Below, piece by piece: positions 13,338 through 23,921 of a DNA stretch of 35,417 nucleotides (its first letter is position 1; each line of letters opens with the position of its first letter). The stretch comes from Kudoa neothunni (taxonomy: Eukaryota; Animalia; Cnidaria): NCBI GenBank assembly GCA_964304625.1, contig OZ199840.1:9720440-9755856 (forward strand), in the 5' to 3' direction. Made by a program: the position numbers and the translations under genes. The notes under the pieces were generated by a model, which was not told the DNA's origin, did not search any database, and was given only the letters and a program-made list of their open reading frames with translations.

Positions 13338-14931
13338 ATGAAAAAATCCCGATCAAAGAGACCTAAACCATTGATTGATGTTGAGAATTTGGATTCTATA
13401 TTTTCCACTGAGTGGAATGTCAGCTGCGATGGAGTTGATTCAGAAATAAATTTCACCGATTACAAGGATGATACAAAGCCCGACACTAATTTTAAGATTA
13501 AACGAAAAAGAACTGACAACCGTGAAGTGTTGAAAGAATTAGCAAGTCTGATTCCAATGCATGGGATTTGTCCTACCAAGTGTGCTGAAAGTACGCTAAT
13601 GGCTGTTATGGATTGGGCCGGCTCTAAGATTTCACTTTAGGTTGTCCTAATAATGCACACGGAGCTGACACATGTTTATTGTTGAACTACGCATCCAACT
13701 ATATACAAGTGAAGATGTTGTTGAATGGTCCACGGCTCGATACCCTAGCCACCATTCCTACCCGCATAGATGATTCACCCGAAAAAAATCACCTATTTAA
13801 TATCTCCAACGCGCTACTTATTGTCATATCCAGTTCGCTACAATGTTTATACATATCGATGAATGTGCACAATATGATCGGCCTAACTCAAGCGTCAATT
13901 ATTGGCAATAATGTGGTGGATATTATTCATCCCAATTGTGTGGCCAATCTGTTCAATGATGAAAATGTCAGTCCTGTACATAAACAATGCGCTCCACTAT
14001 TTGTCGATGAACAGACCAGCAGTCCGCATCCAATCTCTTCAATGTGTGGCAAAACTATAAGCGCCAACCATCCTTACCAACATCTCACAAGAAATTGCAC
14101 TGAGATCCGTCTCAAAAGCTACATCACCGATAGTAGCACCTATTTCGATAAACAAGGACCCTATTGCTACAAGAAAATGCATCTTATTTATTCGATCCAC
14201 GAAATCCCCTGTTTGATTTCAGGTCACACTTCAACCGATCATCGATTAGGCAAAAGATATTTGGTTGGTTTGTTGTTGCCTTTCAATGGAATACCACTCA
14301 ACCCCACTCCTAATTGTGTTGGTGTTAAATCGGCCAATTTTGTTAGCTATCATCGACAGTGTTTATCACTGGCTGAGGTTTCTGAGTATTTTTATGTCGG
14401 TGTGAAATTTATTGATATTGGTTGATCAGAAATAATATCAATATCACCACTGATAACACTCTCTCATGGTATGGTGTCATCGAGCCTTCATACCTGAAAT
14501 GTCTACGTGATTTCCACACCAAAAGTACGCCACTAAATGTATGCAGTGGTTTGGTGGTGATAATTTTGTTGTTATTAGTTCTAAAAAATGGATTCGCTTC
14601 TAACACTATCTTTCAATTGAAAATTCCCAACATCCAAATTGCTACCAAAGGCCAACTTGTTGAGTGCAAAAGTTGTCAGAATAAACCTTGTTTATATATT
14701 TTGCTATCACATGAAGTGATTACCATTAGTGGAAAGTGGTTGTTGATTTGAATGTGTGTTGGTTTACTTTTGGCTAGGGATCAATCGTTTAATAAGCAGA
14801 ACATGGCCGTGAAAAATCCCATTCAAAACCCTATCAATGAACGCATTCCCTATGTACATCCAAGCGATAATGACCAGTTTATTTTATCTTCCTCTAATGT
14901 GTATTCAAATTTTTTATTTTCCCTTTTGTGA
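13338..14931 (+). CDS. bHLH-PAS transcription factor, class I (HIF-alpha/SIM/Trachealess-like), 5 exons
   Basis: Introns 13591-13640, 14386-14429, 14525-14578 and 14736-14777 join three ORF-track pieces and a last exon in frame. bHLH: KRKRTDNREVLKELASLIP...ADTCLLLNYASNYIQVKMLL. PAS-A: ALLIVISSSLQCLYISMNVHNMIGLTQASIIGNNVVDIIHP. PAS-B/PAC: FVSYHRQCL...SWYGVIEPSYLKCLRDFHTKILKNG...ILLSHEVI. Stop TGA at 14929-14931. Confidence 0.85.
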
Positions 14932-15006
14932 AAAGTACGTGACCCTCATTTTTAATGGTCCTTTACTATTTGCTGCTTTTTCAAGATACCGACCATTCCC
15001 GTCAAT

Positions 15007-15062
15007 TGGACATTTGGATATTTATCTGGATATTTGTCTGGATATTTGGATATTGGATTGGA
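15007..15062. repeat. Degenerate tandem repeat of TGGATATTT (about 6 copies) just downstream of the bHLH-PAS stop
   Basis: tggacatt-tggatatttatc-tggatatttgtc-tggatatt-tggatat-tggat-tgga. Confidence 0.8.
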
Positions 15063-16199
15063 AACTTGTGTAGTTTTTGATTGCCTTGTTAATATTATAT
15101 TTTTGCGAATAATGCCCTTGTATATTGTTTTGTTTTGAATTGTAGTTCTCTTTCATTTTCTTCTATGCGTATAAGTTGATACATAGATTTTTTTTGGAGG
15201 GGTTTAAATTATATCAGAGTATTAATTATTTTCGACGATTTTACAGATGGTCTACAAAAATTAGAGGTAGTTATGTAAGAAACGGCGTCTAAAATTCAAC
15301 ATAATTTGGTGATTGTCTCACAAATCGGTTTTATGCGCGCATAAAAGTTAAATATTTGAATTTCTCCCTCCATTTTAGAATCGGTGATGCATTCGAATGC
15401 TTGCGCAGAAGTAACGTCACGTTCCATATAATTTCCCCGAATTTCATACCTTCTCGCTCTATATCTAGTTCATAAATATTACCAAATAATGCATCGGTAA
15501 ATGTTTTAGTTTCGTGAATTTTTACACAAAGATTAGATGATTCTAACGTTCGTTATGATAGTGTATTCATTTAAATGTCAACATAAAAATACAAAATGAC
15601 AAATGGGTTGTTAATTATTATACTATTGTTAACTGTAAAAACATCATTTAATTTTTTAATATATTATTTATTTATGATAAAAATTTTGTAACGCGTGTAA
15701 GGTTTATTTGAATACAATTACAATTGCTCATGTATAAATTTATTATGTAATTAACAACAAATATACAATTACATGTTATTATGAAAAATTATCGTATGCA
15801 TAATACATTAATTATCGTATCTTTAAAATGTTCAATTTTATGAATATTAGAATGACTATGTTTTTTACTAATTTAATCAAATAATTTTAAAAACAATTAT
15901 GAAATAAATATGCTTTAAATTTGTGTTCAGTTATCCTCGTATAAACAGCTTTATTTATTTATTTATTTATAATATATAATTATAATATTAACATAAGCAT
16001 AACATTGCATACAAATATGATATGTATTTCAAATGATTTGTCAATAATTGTTTTTTAAGAAATAACAGTATAAATTCATAAAACGAGGCATAATTAATCT
16101 CTGTGTATTAATTATAAAAGATTTCCAAATCGATATTTCACTTAGGAAAACTACTTTACGACAAAACACCTGCTTATAAAGCAACTATGACAAAGGTCT

Positions 16200-16970
16200 T
16201 TAACACTGGTAAAATATATAAGATTCCTTCAAATAAAGAAGACCTTATAATTTTTTTGATTGGGTTTAATCATTTAAAAAACAGAAGTGGCATTTCCACA
16301 AAATGTACTACTGGTTGCATAATTGCAATAATTCATTTATCCAATCGGATTTACGCATAGGATCCATTGCAAATCTTGTGGATAGGAGAGAGAAATTTAG
16401 ATTCCTTTGTGGAGAAATCCTATTACTTGATTCTCAACCAATTATTTCAATCCTATATAATTAATCATTAGGACCTGGAAAGATTATTGAGATAGATGAG
16501 TCCAAATTTGGAAAACGGGAATATGATCGTGGTCGGAGGATAGAGGGGCATTGGGTTTTTGATGACATTGAACGTGAAACCAATCGAATTTTTGCTATCC
16601 CTGTAAAAAAAAGGAACAATTTTAATTGCTTACGTTGATTAAAAAATACATATTGCCAGGTATTTTTATGGGGACCAAGACCAAGAAAATAATCAAATTC
16701 AGGGACAACAATATTTATGGATACAGCCATCGAACTGTAAATCACAGCAAGTGTTTCGTTGCTAAAGATGGAACGCATACCAATACAATTGAATCTACCT
16801 GGCGACAATTTAAATTATCTTTCCCATTAAATGGAACCAGAAAATATATGTATAGGAGGTTATTTTTACATATAATTGGAGATTATATTTATTTAAATTT
16901 GTTCTAGTTATTTCGATAAATATATGTTCATTAGAAAATATATTAAAAATAACAAAGACCCATTTTTGGT
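16200..16970 (+). mobile_element. Merlin (IS1016/IS1595-like) transposase relic 1, internally deleted
   Basis: LGPGKIIEIDESKFGKREYDRGRRIEGHWVFDDIERET...LIKKYILPG...YSHRTVNHSKCFVAKDGTHTNTIESTWRQFK. These are typical ISXO2/Merlin motifs. The segment carrying the second catalytic Asp is not recognisable, and there are frameshifts. Confidence 0.9.
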
Positions 16971-17452
16971 AAAGTTATATTAAATTTTTATTGTATCATA
17001 GTATAGAGCAAATGAAAAAACAACAACGCGTCTGCGAACAGGGGGAAATTAAACTTATTAAATATTCCAACTTTAATTTATCATATTATTCTTATAATTT
17101 ATCCTTTCAATTAGTTTGATGCATTTTACATTCAATTATAAATGTTTGAACAAATTACATGATCGTTAGAATATAAAAACATGATTTTAATAAAAAAACG
17201 TATTATACGTAATAGTAGATTATACTGTATGGTAAAAAGTGCAACAACAATGTGACTAATTAAATTTAAAATAAATTCTAAAAGTTTATTGTTATCCTTT
17301 TCGAGCGTGGTTAGTTAAATGGCGCATTAGTAATACTAAAGATGTGAAATGATGAATAATTAGGACTGTTGACGGATTGTGGTGTAGTGTATGCGCAAGA
17401 CGAAGAATCTAGTACATAACCTTAGTTAATTTATTTGTACGCGTGCGCACAA

Positions 17453-18610
17453 GGTACCACCGATTCTAAAGTTGTTCCCAACTTTTAGTTTAATAACGCC
17501 TGATGTAATTTTTTCCCACATTTAAGTTGTTTAAAATTTTTATTTCGCCTGAATCACATATTCGCAATATTCAGATGGTATTATTGAGTTATGATAGAAA
17601 GTGGCTATTTGCATTGTAATAATAATAATAATAATTATTTTTCGCGGATTCCAAAAAATTTAATCTGAATAAATATGAGGGTTGATTTATATTTCAGTGG
17701 AATTTACGTTCGAAAATATCGATGATTTTTTGTTAAAACATCTTTTTAAAATAAAGAATGACATCGAAAAACAAATATTGCTCTTACAAAAACTTAAACT
17801 CATGTCTAAAGAGAGAATGTGCGATAATTGTGACGTGTTAATACTGCTAAAAAAATATTCTATTACTGATAAATATTTGTTCAAGTGTCCAATGTGTATA
17901 AAAAATTTCAATTAGAATAAGGATATTTTTAGAGGGTGCCAAACTAACGCCGTGGCAAATCTTTGCATTGATGTATATAGAGGTCAATGATATCGAAATG
18001 TCGTATCCACAGCTGTCTTTTTCAATTGCAAATAGATTCCGACAGTATTATTTGTGACTGGAGGAATTTTATCAGAGAAGTCTATATCGACTACTTTGCT
18101 TTACATAATGAAAGAATCGGAGAACATGCAGTGGTAATACAAATTGATGAATCACAGATTTGCGAACGTAAGCATGTAAGTATCACCGAGGAGGAGTTTC
18201 AGTAAATCAAAATATATGGATCGTTGGTGGTATAGACTTATATGGTAATATATTTCATGTTCTTATCACCATTCGAAACAAATTTACACTTGAACATGCA
18301 ATAATTCAAAACGTTCATCCTGGGTCAATACTTTGAACAGATTGCTGGACTGGTTACAACAACTTGGGTGCTATTTACTATAGTCATGAGACAATAAATC
18401 ACTCGGTTAGATTTAAAACGTAGGAAGGCGTGCATACCAACCGTATCGAAGCAATTTGGGGTTCAAAAAAAAGAAAATACCGACATTTAACTCACAAAAA
18501 GTTGGAATTAATTGGTTCCTATCTCTCAGAGTACCATTTTAAGAAAAAAATCCCTAAAATTCATTTTCGATGTATATAAAAACAATTAATGAAATATATC
18601 TACGTTAAAA
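17453..18610 (+). mobile_element. Merlin (IS1016/IS1595-like) transposase relic 2, near full-length and pseudogenised
   Basis: N-terminal Zn ribbon MCDNC...FKCPMC, then ICDWRNFIREV, IGEHAVVIQIDES, WIVGGID, VHPGSIL*TDCWTGYNNL, HETINHS, GVHTNRIEAIWG and SYLSEY. Several stops and frameshifts. Candidate left end GGTACCACCGATTCTAAA at 17453. Confidence 0.9.
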
Positions 18611-19323
18611 TAAATTTATCTTTTATATTTGTTTTTATTCATTGAGGGAAGCCGAACATACCCCATGAGTTCCACTGAACTGTAAATTAGCCAAACAAAA
18701 AAACCTTGGGATGTTTTTCATCATAAGCCCGTTAGAGGATGGAAATTTTTCTGGGAATGACCTGAACTCACATTATATATTAAAGTCAGGTTTTTTATAT
18801 GTGTTACGTTTAATAAATAGAGGAGAATACCGTAAATTTCAATTTTCTATGAGAAGGGTCTAAAATTTTATGCCCACATTAAATCCGGTAGGGGGTTAAA
18901 TAGATATTTTATTATAAAAAAATGTTGTTTAAAATATCAACAATGTATAATTCATAGACCAGTACTGTCATAGTTCCATTTCATTCAATCAAGTTTTTAA
19001 AAATCGGGCGTAAAACCAATTTAAATTAAAAGAATCATTTCTTATAATGTTAAATTTTAACTTAAAAACTATAAAGAAATCAAAATTTGTAAACAAGTAT
19101 AAATTTGATGGAAAATACATTCCTATAAAGTTAATTTATTTCGTATGAAATTAAATGCTGTTGCATTATTATATATAATCTCTAAGAAACAAGAATTAAT
19201 AATATTTTGTTAAAAAACCATAAATAAACGATAATTTTAAGCTAATTAACTAGTCAAATTTATGAATCAAAATAATATTATATTATTTAAATAGCTTTTT
19301 TACTGCGAATGCTCACGTACTTC

Positions 19324-19396
19324 GATTCCATAGTGTAGTGGTTATCACGCAAGTCTAACACACTTGAGGTCCCGGGATCGATACCCGGTGGAATCA
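19324..19396 (+). tRNA. tRNA-Val (anticodon AAC)
   Basis: 73-nt cloverleaf: acceptor GATTCCA/TGGAATC, D arm TAGTGTAGTGGTTATCAC (A box), anticodon arm CAAGT-CTAACAC-ACTTG, T arm CCGGG-ATCGATA-CCCGG, discriminator A. T-runs (Pol III terminator-like) lie just downstream. Confidence 0.95.
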
Positions 19397-19451
19397 TTGA
19401 ATTCTTTTGCATTTTTCAAAAATTTATTTTGCTAACTCTTAATAACTTTTA

Positions 19452-20000
19452 GTGACGATCGTAATGATGCAATTTTCATCAAAATTGGATGAGTATTTGC
19501 AGAGATGTGAGCTTGCACGTGTATTACTTTTGTCATTTCTTTTAAAAAAAGATAAAAGACGTAAAATGATGCGGATAGAAGTTAAAGTTTCACTATTTTA
19601 TCGTACCTTGCGACTCCTGTATGGAGACCTGTTGACGTGCTTTGAGAAAATAAGTGCACTGCATGGTTCGTTAGTTCGTCATGTTGTACTAGGAGAAGAA
19701 CTTGGTGATTCTTGTGATACAACACAAAATGAAGATGACACATGTGTGTCGAATATAAATTTAGATGCTGTTGTGGAAACTGTTGAATCCACAACATTAC
19801 TTCAAGCGAAGAGACTACCATTGACGGAGCTCCTGAAATTAATACATACAATGAAGGGTGCTGAAAAACGTCGATATGTGAGTCTACAATCAAAATTGGA
19901 CCGATTGACTGACGATATGGAAGTTTTGATAAAAGAGTCATATGATGATGGTACCCTGCAGGAGTCATTCCCAGAGGTGTATGAAACAGTCCAATCAAAT
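19452..20000 (+). CDS. Unidentified helical/coiled-coil coding segment, in frame with the N-terminal region of the downstream retroelement
   Basis: First ~180 codons of the 275-aa ORF. Preceded by a branch/acceptor-like gctaac...ttttag. Composition changes to C/A-rich low complexity after ~20000-20040. No family recognised. Confidence 0.4.
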
Positions 20001-21820
20001 AATGGCACAATTGCGATCACCCATACCAGGATAGCTTTAATTAGCCAATCATCTTTAATTTGCCAATCTTTAAATCAATCCCAACCCCAACCTATTCATG
20101 ACGATCCAGCTACAACGAACCCCTCTTTAACACCGATACCTACAATGGCCGTAGCTGATGATAACGAAGAATCCAACATTACGTTAACCCCCACTACAGA
20201 TATAGTCCAGATATCTGAAGCTGAATTTGAATATGAATCTGAAGAATTTCCCCATCCCCATCTTCTGTGGTTGTATTAGACGAAGATGAACAAACTTCCG
20301 CTAATACAATCGTATCAAAGTCCTTCTTCAATTTGGCCAAGAGGAATGTCAATTTCAATCAAGATGTATCCGATTGTACTTCTGAGGAGGAAGTATTCGT
20401 CGATGCAGTGGAATCACGTACTTTTAGTCAACGGAAATTGAATGAAGAAGCTCTGCCTCTGTTTTACCCTAAACAGAAGCGTCAACCACCATCTACATCG
20501 AATTTGGATGTGATTCCAATTGCGAAATCACCGATGATAATTCCAATCTATGAAAGTCAACCGCAATCATCTTCGACGTCCCCACCATAACTTCAACTGA
20601 ATGTTTTGCCAACACCCAAGACATTGCTGATTTCATCTCCAATGTTCGAAGTGAATATGACGGAAATTATGCAACAGATGAAGACGAATTTGGTGAATCA
20701 ACTGAAATCGTCGATGAACCCGTTGCACAGCCACCTCCAGACAATCCAACTGCTGAGCAACCTGTATCTCAACCCAACCATTCAAATGATGATATAATCC
20801 CAATTCGTCCTAACAATCCTTCAAGAGAGAACCAACCAACTTATTCTGAAAAACAACGACAAATCAAAAAAGAGACCGCTGAGAAACTCAAACAAACATC
20901 CAACCAACTGAGAGCAATCACCCTCAAGTTCAACAACGTTTCCAGCCAACAACTTTATGACCATTTTATTACATGTGCTAAAGAGAATGCGTCATCCCTC
21001 GGAATGATTTTTCAACCGAGCAAACCCACAGCAGCTACTCTCAATGTTCCATCTCAGCTTCCAAACTCAACTCAAACAATAAATGAGGCTGAACCTGTGA
21101 AAGGAAACAACGCTGCTCCTTTCAATCCACCTGCAGTTCTTTCTTCACAAGATGAGGAGAAAAGAAAAGCCCCTCGACTCAGAATTCTCTACAGGAAGAA
21201 TATGAAACGATGCTTCCGTGAAATAACAAAGCCCATTACAAAATGGTGCGAAGCTACTCCTGATGAGATTGTTTCATCTCTTTCTGTCACACCGCTCCCA
21301 ACGATGACAACACCACCACCGATTTTTATGTTTCGCCGGAAGATGTTCGACTAGCACTTGATAAAGCAAAGAAAGACAACAGTCCCGGAACAGACGGAAT
21401 CCAAATGGTCTTCTGGAAAAGAATTCCAAATTTGGAGTTTATTTTGGTTCCACTGTTCAATTCTATTCTCCAACATGAAATAATACCTTCCGAATAGCTG
21501 GAATCAAGGCTTGTCATGATTCTAAAATCAGAAAACCCAAATACCAAAGACCCAAAACAATTTCGCCCTATATCAGTGACACAAACGCTATATAGGATCT
21601 TTATGTCGATAATGAGCAGAAAATTGGCTGCTTTAATAACACTCTCTCCATCTCAAAAAGGCTTCACTCAAGGTGATGGCTGCATGGAGCAATCATTCAT
21701 CTTCCAAGAAGCAATTGATGACGCCAGGCGACGACGAAAACCCCTCTTCGTCATATAGATCGACATTACTAAAGCCTTCGACTCGGTCCCACATGAAGAA
21801 ATCTACAACCAACTAAAGTA
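20000..21820 (+). mobile_element. Truncated non-LTR retrotransposon of the restriction-like-endonuclease group (R2/NeSL/R4-like), pseudogenised
   Basis: One long reading frame broken by frameshifts (~20260, ~20580, ~21300) and by TAGs at 21495 and 21756. An acidic/Pro-rich N-terminus is followed by LYRKNMKRCFREI, SPGTDGI, KQFRPISVTQTLYRIF, LSPSQKGF..GDGCMEQ and IDITKAFDSVPH (early RT motifs). No APE domain precedes the RT. The sequence stops before YADD. Confidence 0.88.
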
Positions 21821-22410
21821 TTTCACGATCAAGATGCAAACTGTCAACGCATGTAGCACTTATGTCCAATCGACATGCAAACACACTTAAAATTGACGCA
21901 AAAAACTATGATAATGCTTTAAATTTACAATGAACGAACAATCTAATTGTTTATTTCTTCACTTCTCAGACATGCTAAAAAATATGACTTAGAATGCCGA
22001 ATATAGCTTTGACAGTTGGCTTCTGAGACAACTCTTTGGCTTAATTCAATACAGTTAAGCAGGTCTTCATGAGTTTTTGTGGCCTGCCTTTTCACTTTTC
22101 ACTTCGCACTTTAACTGATTGAAGACTTCCTCAATGGGGTTGAGAAAGGGGGAATAAGGCGGCAATAGGAGTAATTTGTGCCCGCTATTATTTATAATGC
22201 TCCTAACATTTTCTGTTTTATGGAAGGCCACATTATCCATGATGGCCAAGTATTTTTTGTTTTCGGAAGCCAAATCATGGAAAAGTTGGATTAGGAAGTC
22301 CCCAAAAACCGATTGGTTTACACCACCTCGATGTAGCCTAAAACCACATATTTTAGTGGTGCTCATCACCGCAATTAGGGTAATATTTTGCGACCTGATG
22401 GTTTTCACTC
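21821..22410 (-). mobile_element. 3' part of an IS630/Tc1-mariner DD34E DNA transposon
   Basis: NITLIAVMS...AIMDNVAFHK...LLPPYSPFLNPIEEVFNQLK, with 34 residues between the D and the E. RT homology stops at a TA (21819-21820), the expected target dinucleotide. Confidence 0.85.
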
Positions 22411-22414
22411 TTAA

Positions 22415-23888
22415 CCCTTTAAGACCGAATGGTGCCATATGGCACCATGGCGTTGTTTTGGAAATTTCCCGGCGTGTATTAGTGTTTCTTCATAAATAAA
22501 TCATATAAGGGCATTATTAATTTCCACTTTATTTTATCAAAAAAACAAATAACCGTATTTTTTATTTTTTATCAATAAAAATGCAAATTAAATCGATATT
22601 TTGTGTATAATAAACAGGTAATGTTTGATTAATAGAATCATATTCTTCAAATTATTATATTTTCATTAAAAAAATATATATTGGAAATTATATAAAATTT
22701 TCAAAAAAGTGTATATCGCCGTTATTAGTTCGTAAATGTCAAGGTTTATAGTGAAGGATTAATTCATGGTGCCATATGGCACCATTCGGCGACCACGTTG
22801 TTGTGTCAGATTAGCATTATCATGGACTCTGATTTGGCGAAAAAGATTAGTGATAATGGGGATATTGCTGAGGAGTTAATATTACTACCTGGTGCCGATA
22901 TATCTGACGCTGAAAACATATCTGATGATGAAATCGAAAATTTGAAACCCGATGTTCTCTCGGATACTAGTTGTGACACGGAGGATCATAACGACCATCA
23001 AAACGATTTATAAAAAACTCATTAAATGTGGTAGATGAAAGTGTCCTCATAAATGAGAAACTCAAAAAAGAGAATATTTTGGATCCTTATTCATATTTTA
23101 ATATGTTCTTTTCCGACAAATTATTTGAATTAATTTGTAATGAAACTAATAAGTATTACATAGAAAAAAATTCGTCGTTTCGGACTACCGTAAACAAAAT
23201 AAAGTTATTCATTGGAATGCTTATAAGAATGGCCATTATTAAACTACCTAGAATAAGGAGCTATTGGAGTGCTGAACTCAACATAACAACTATAGCTGAG
23301 AAAATGTCGAGAGATCGCTTCATGGATATGCAAAAATTCATTCATTTTTGCGATAACAATGATGTTAAATCCTCTACCCACAGGGATTATGATCGATTTT
23401 TTAAAGTAAGGCCCCTATTAGACATCATTCGAGAGGCCTGTTTGAAAACTGAACCCGACTACAATCAATGCGTGGATGAGCAAGTGATTCCATTTAAAGG
23501 TAAGTCCGGCCTCAAACGATATCTGCCATCCAAACCTACAAAATAGGGGTTCAAGGTATTTACAAGAAATGGGTCTGGTGGTATTGTCCACGACTTTTTT
23601 TTTGAAGATGGCAATTTTACTTATGATGGCGAAAGCTCGGGTTTTCGATCCTCCGACATCGTTTTAAAATTGGTCCAGTCTATTGAAAAGGGAAACAGAC
23701 ATCACCTATATCTTGACAATTATTTTTCAACGCTCCCGCTGCATTTGATTCTACACAAAATGGGTCATCACTCCACGAGTACGATGAGACGAAATCGCCC
23801 CCGTAATTGTTCTGTCAGTGATGATAAGACCTTTAAAAATAAAAAAATACACACATGGTGCCAAATGGCAACATTGGGGTTCAAAGAG
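22415..23888 (+). mobile_element. piggyBac element with both ends, internally deleted and non-autonomous
   Basis: TTAA at 22411-22414 and 23889-23892. Left end CCCTTTAAGACCGAATGGTGCCATATGGCACCATG matches the right end read as reverse complement, CTCTTTGAACCCCAATGTTGCCATTTGGCACCATG. Transposase motifs: MSRDRF..IHFCDN, DRFFKVRPLL, VDEQVIPFKG..YLPSKPTK*GFK, LYLDNYFS. The third-Asp region and C-terminus are missing. Confidence 0.93.
22425..22789. repeat. Perfect 25-bp inverted repeat pair (22425-22449 and 22765-22789), each containing the 20-bp palindrome ATGGTGCCATATGGCACCAT
   Basis: ccgaatggtgccatatggcaccatg versus catggtgccatatggcaccattcgg. A degenerate third copy lies at 23854-23875. Confidence 0.92.
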
Positions 23889-23921
23889 TTAAAACATTAT
23901 ATCCATTAATATACAAATAAC

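Noticed and set aside
16460-22410. IS1595- and IS630-like transposases as evidence of bacterial contamination or recent horizontal transfer
   Set aside because: Merlin and IS630/Tc1-like families are established eukaryotic groups. The copies are decayed and interleaved with spliceosomal-intron genes.
21495-23546. In-frame TAG/TGA at conserved Trp positions in the RT, piggyBac, Merlin and MULE relics, suggesting stop-codon reassignment
   Set aside because: Intact host genes use TGG for Trp and end in ordinary stops. The same elements also carry frameshifts, so TGG to TAG/TGA is simple G-to-A decay.
22425-23875. Palindromic repeats as a CRISPR-like array or prokaryotic operator
   Set aside because: Only three copies, not regularly spaced, and explained by piggyBac terminal structure in a eukaryotic context.
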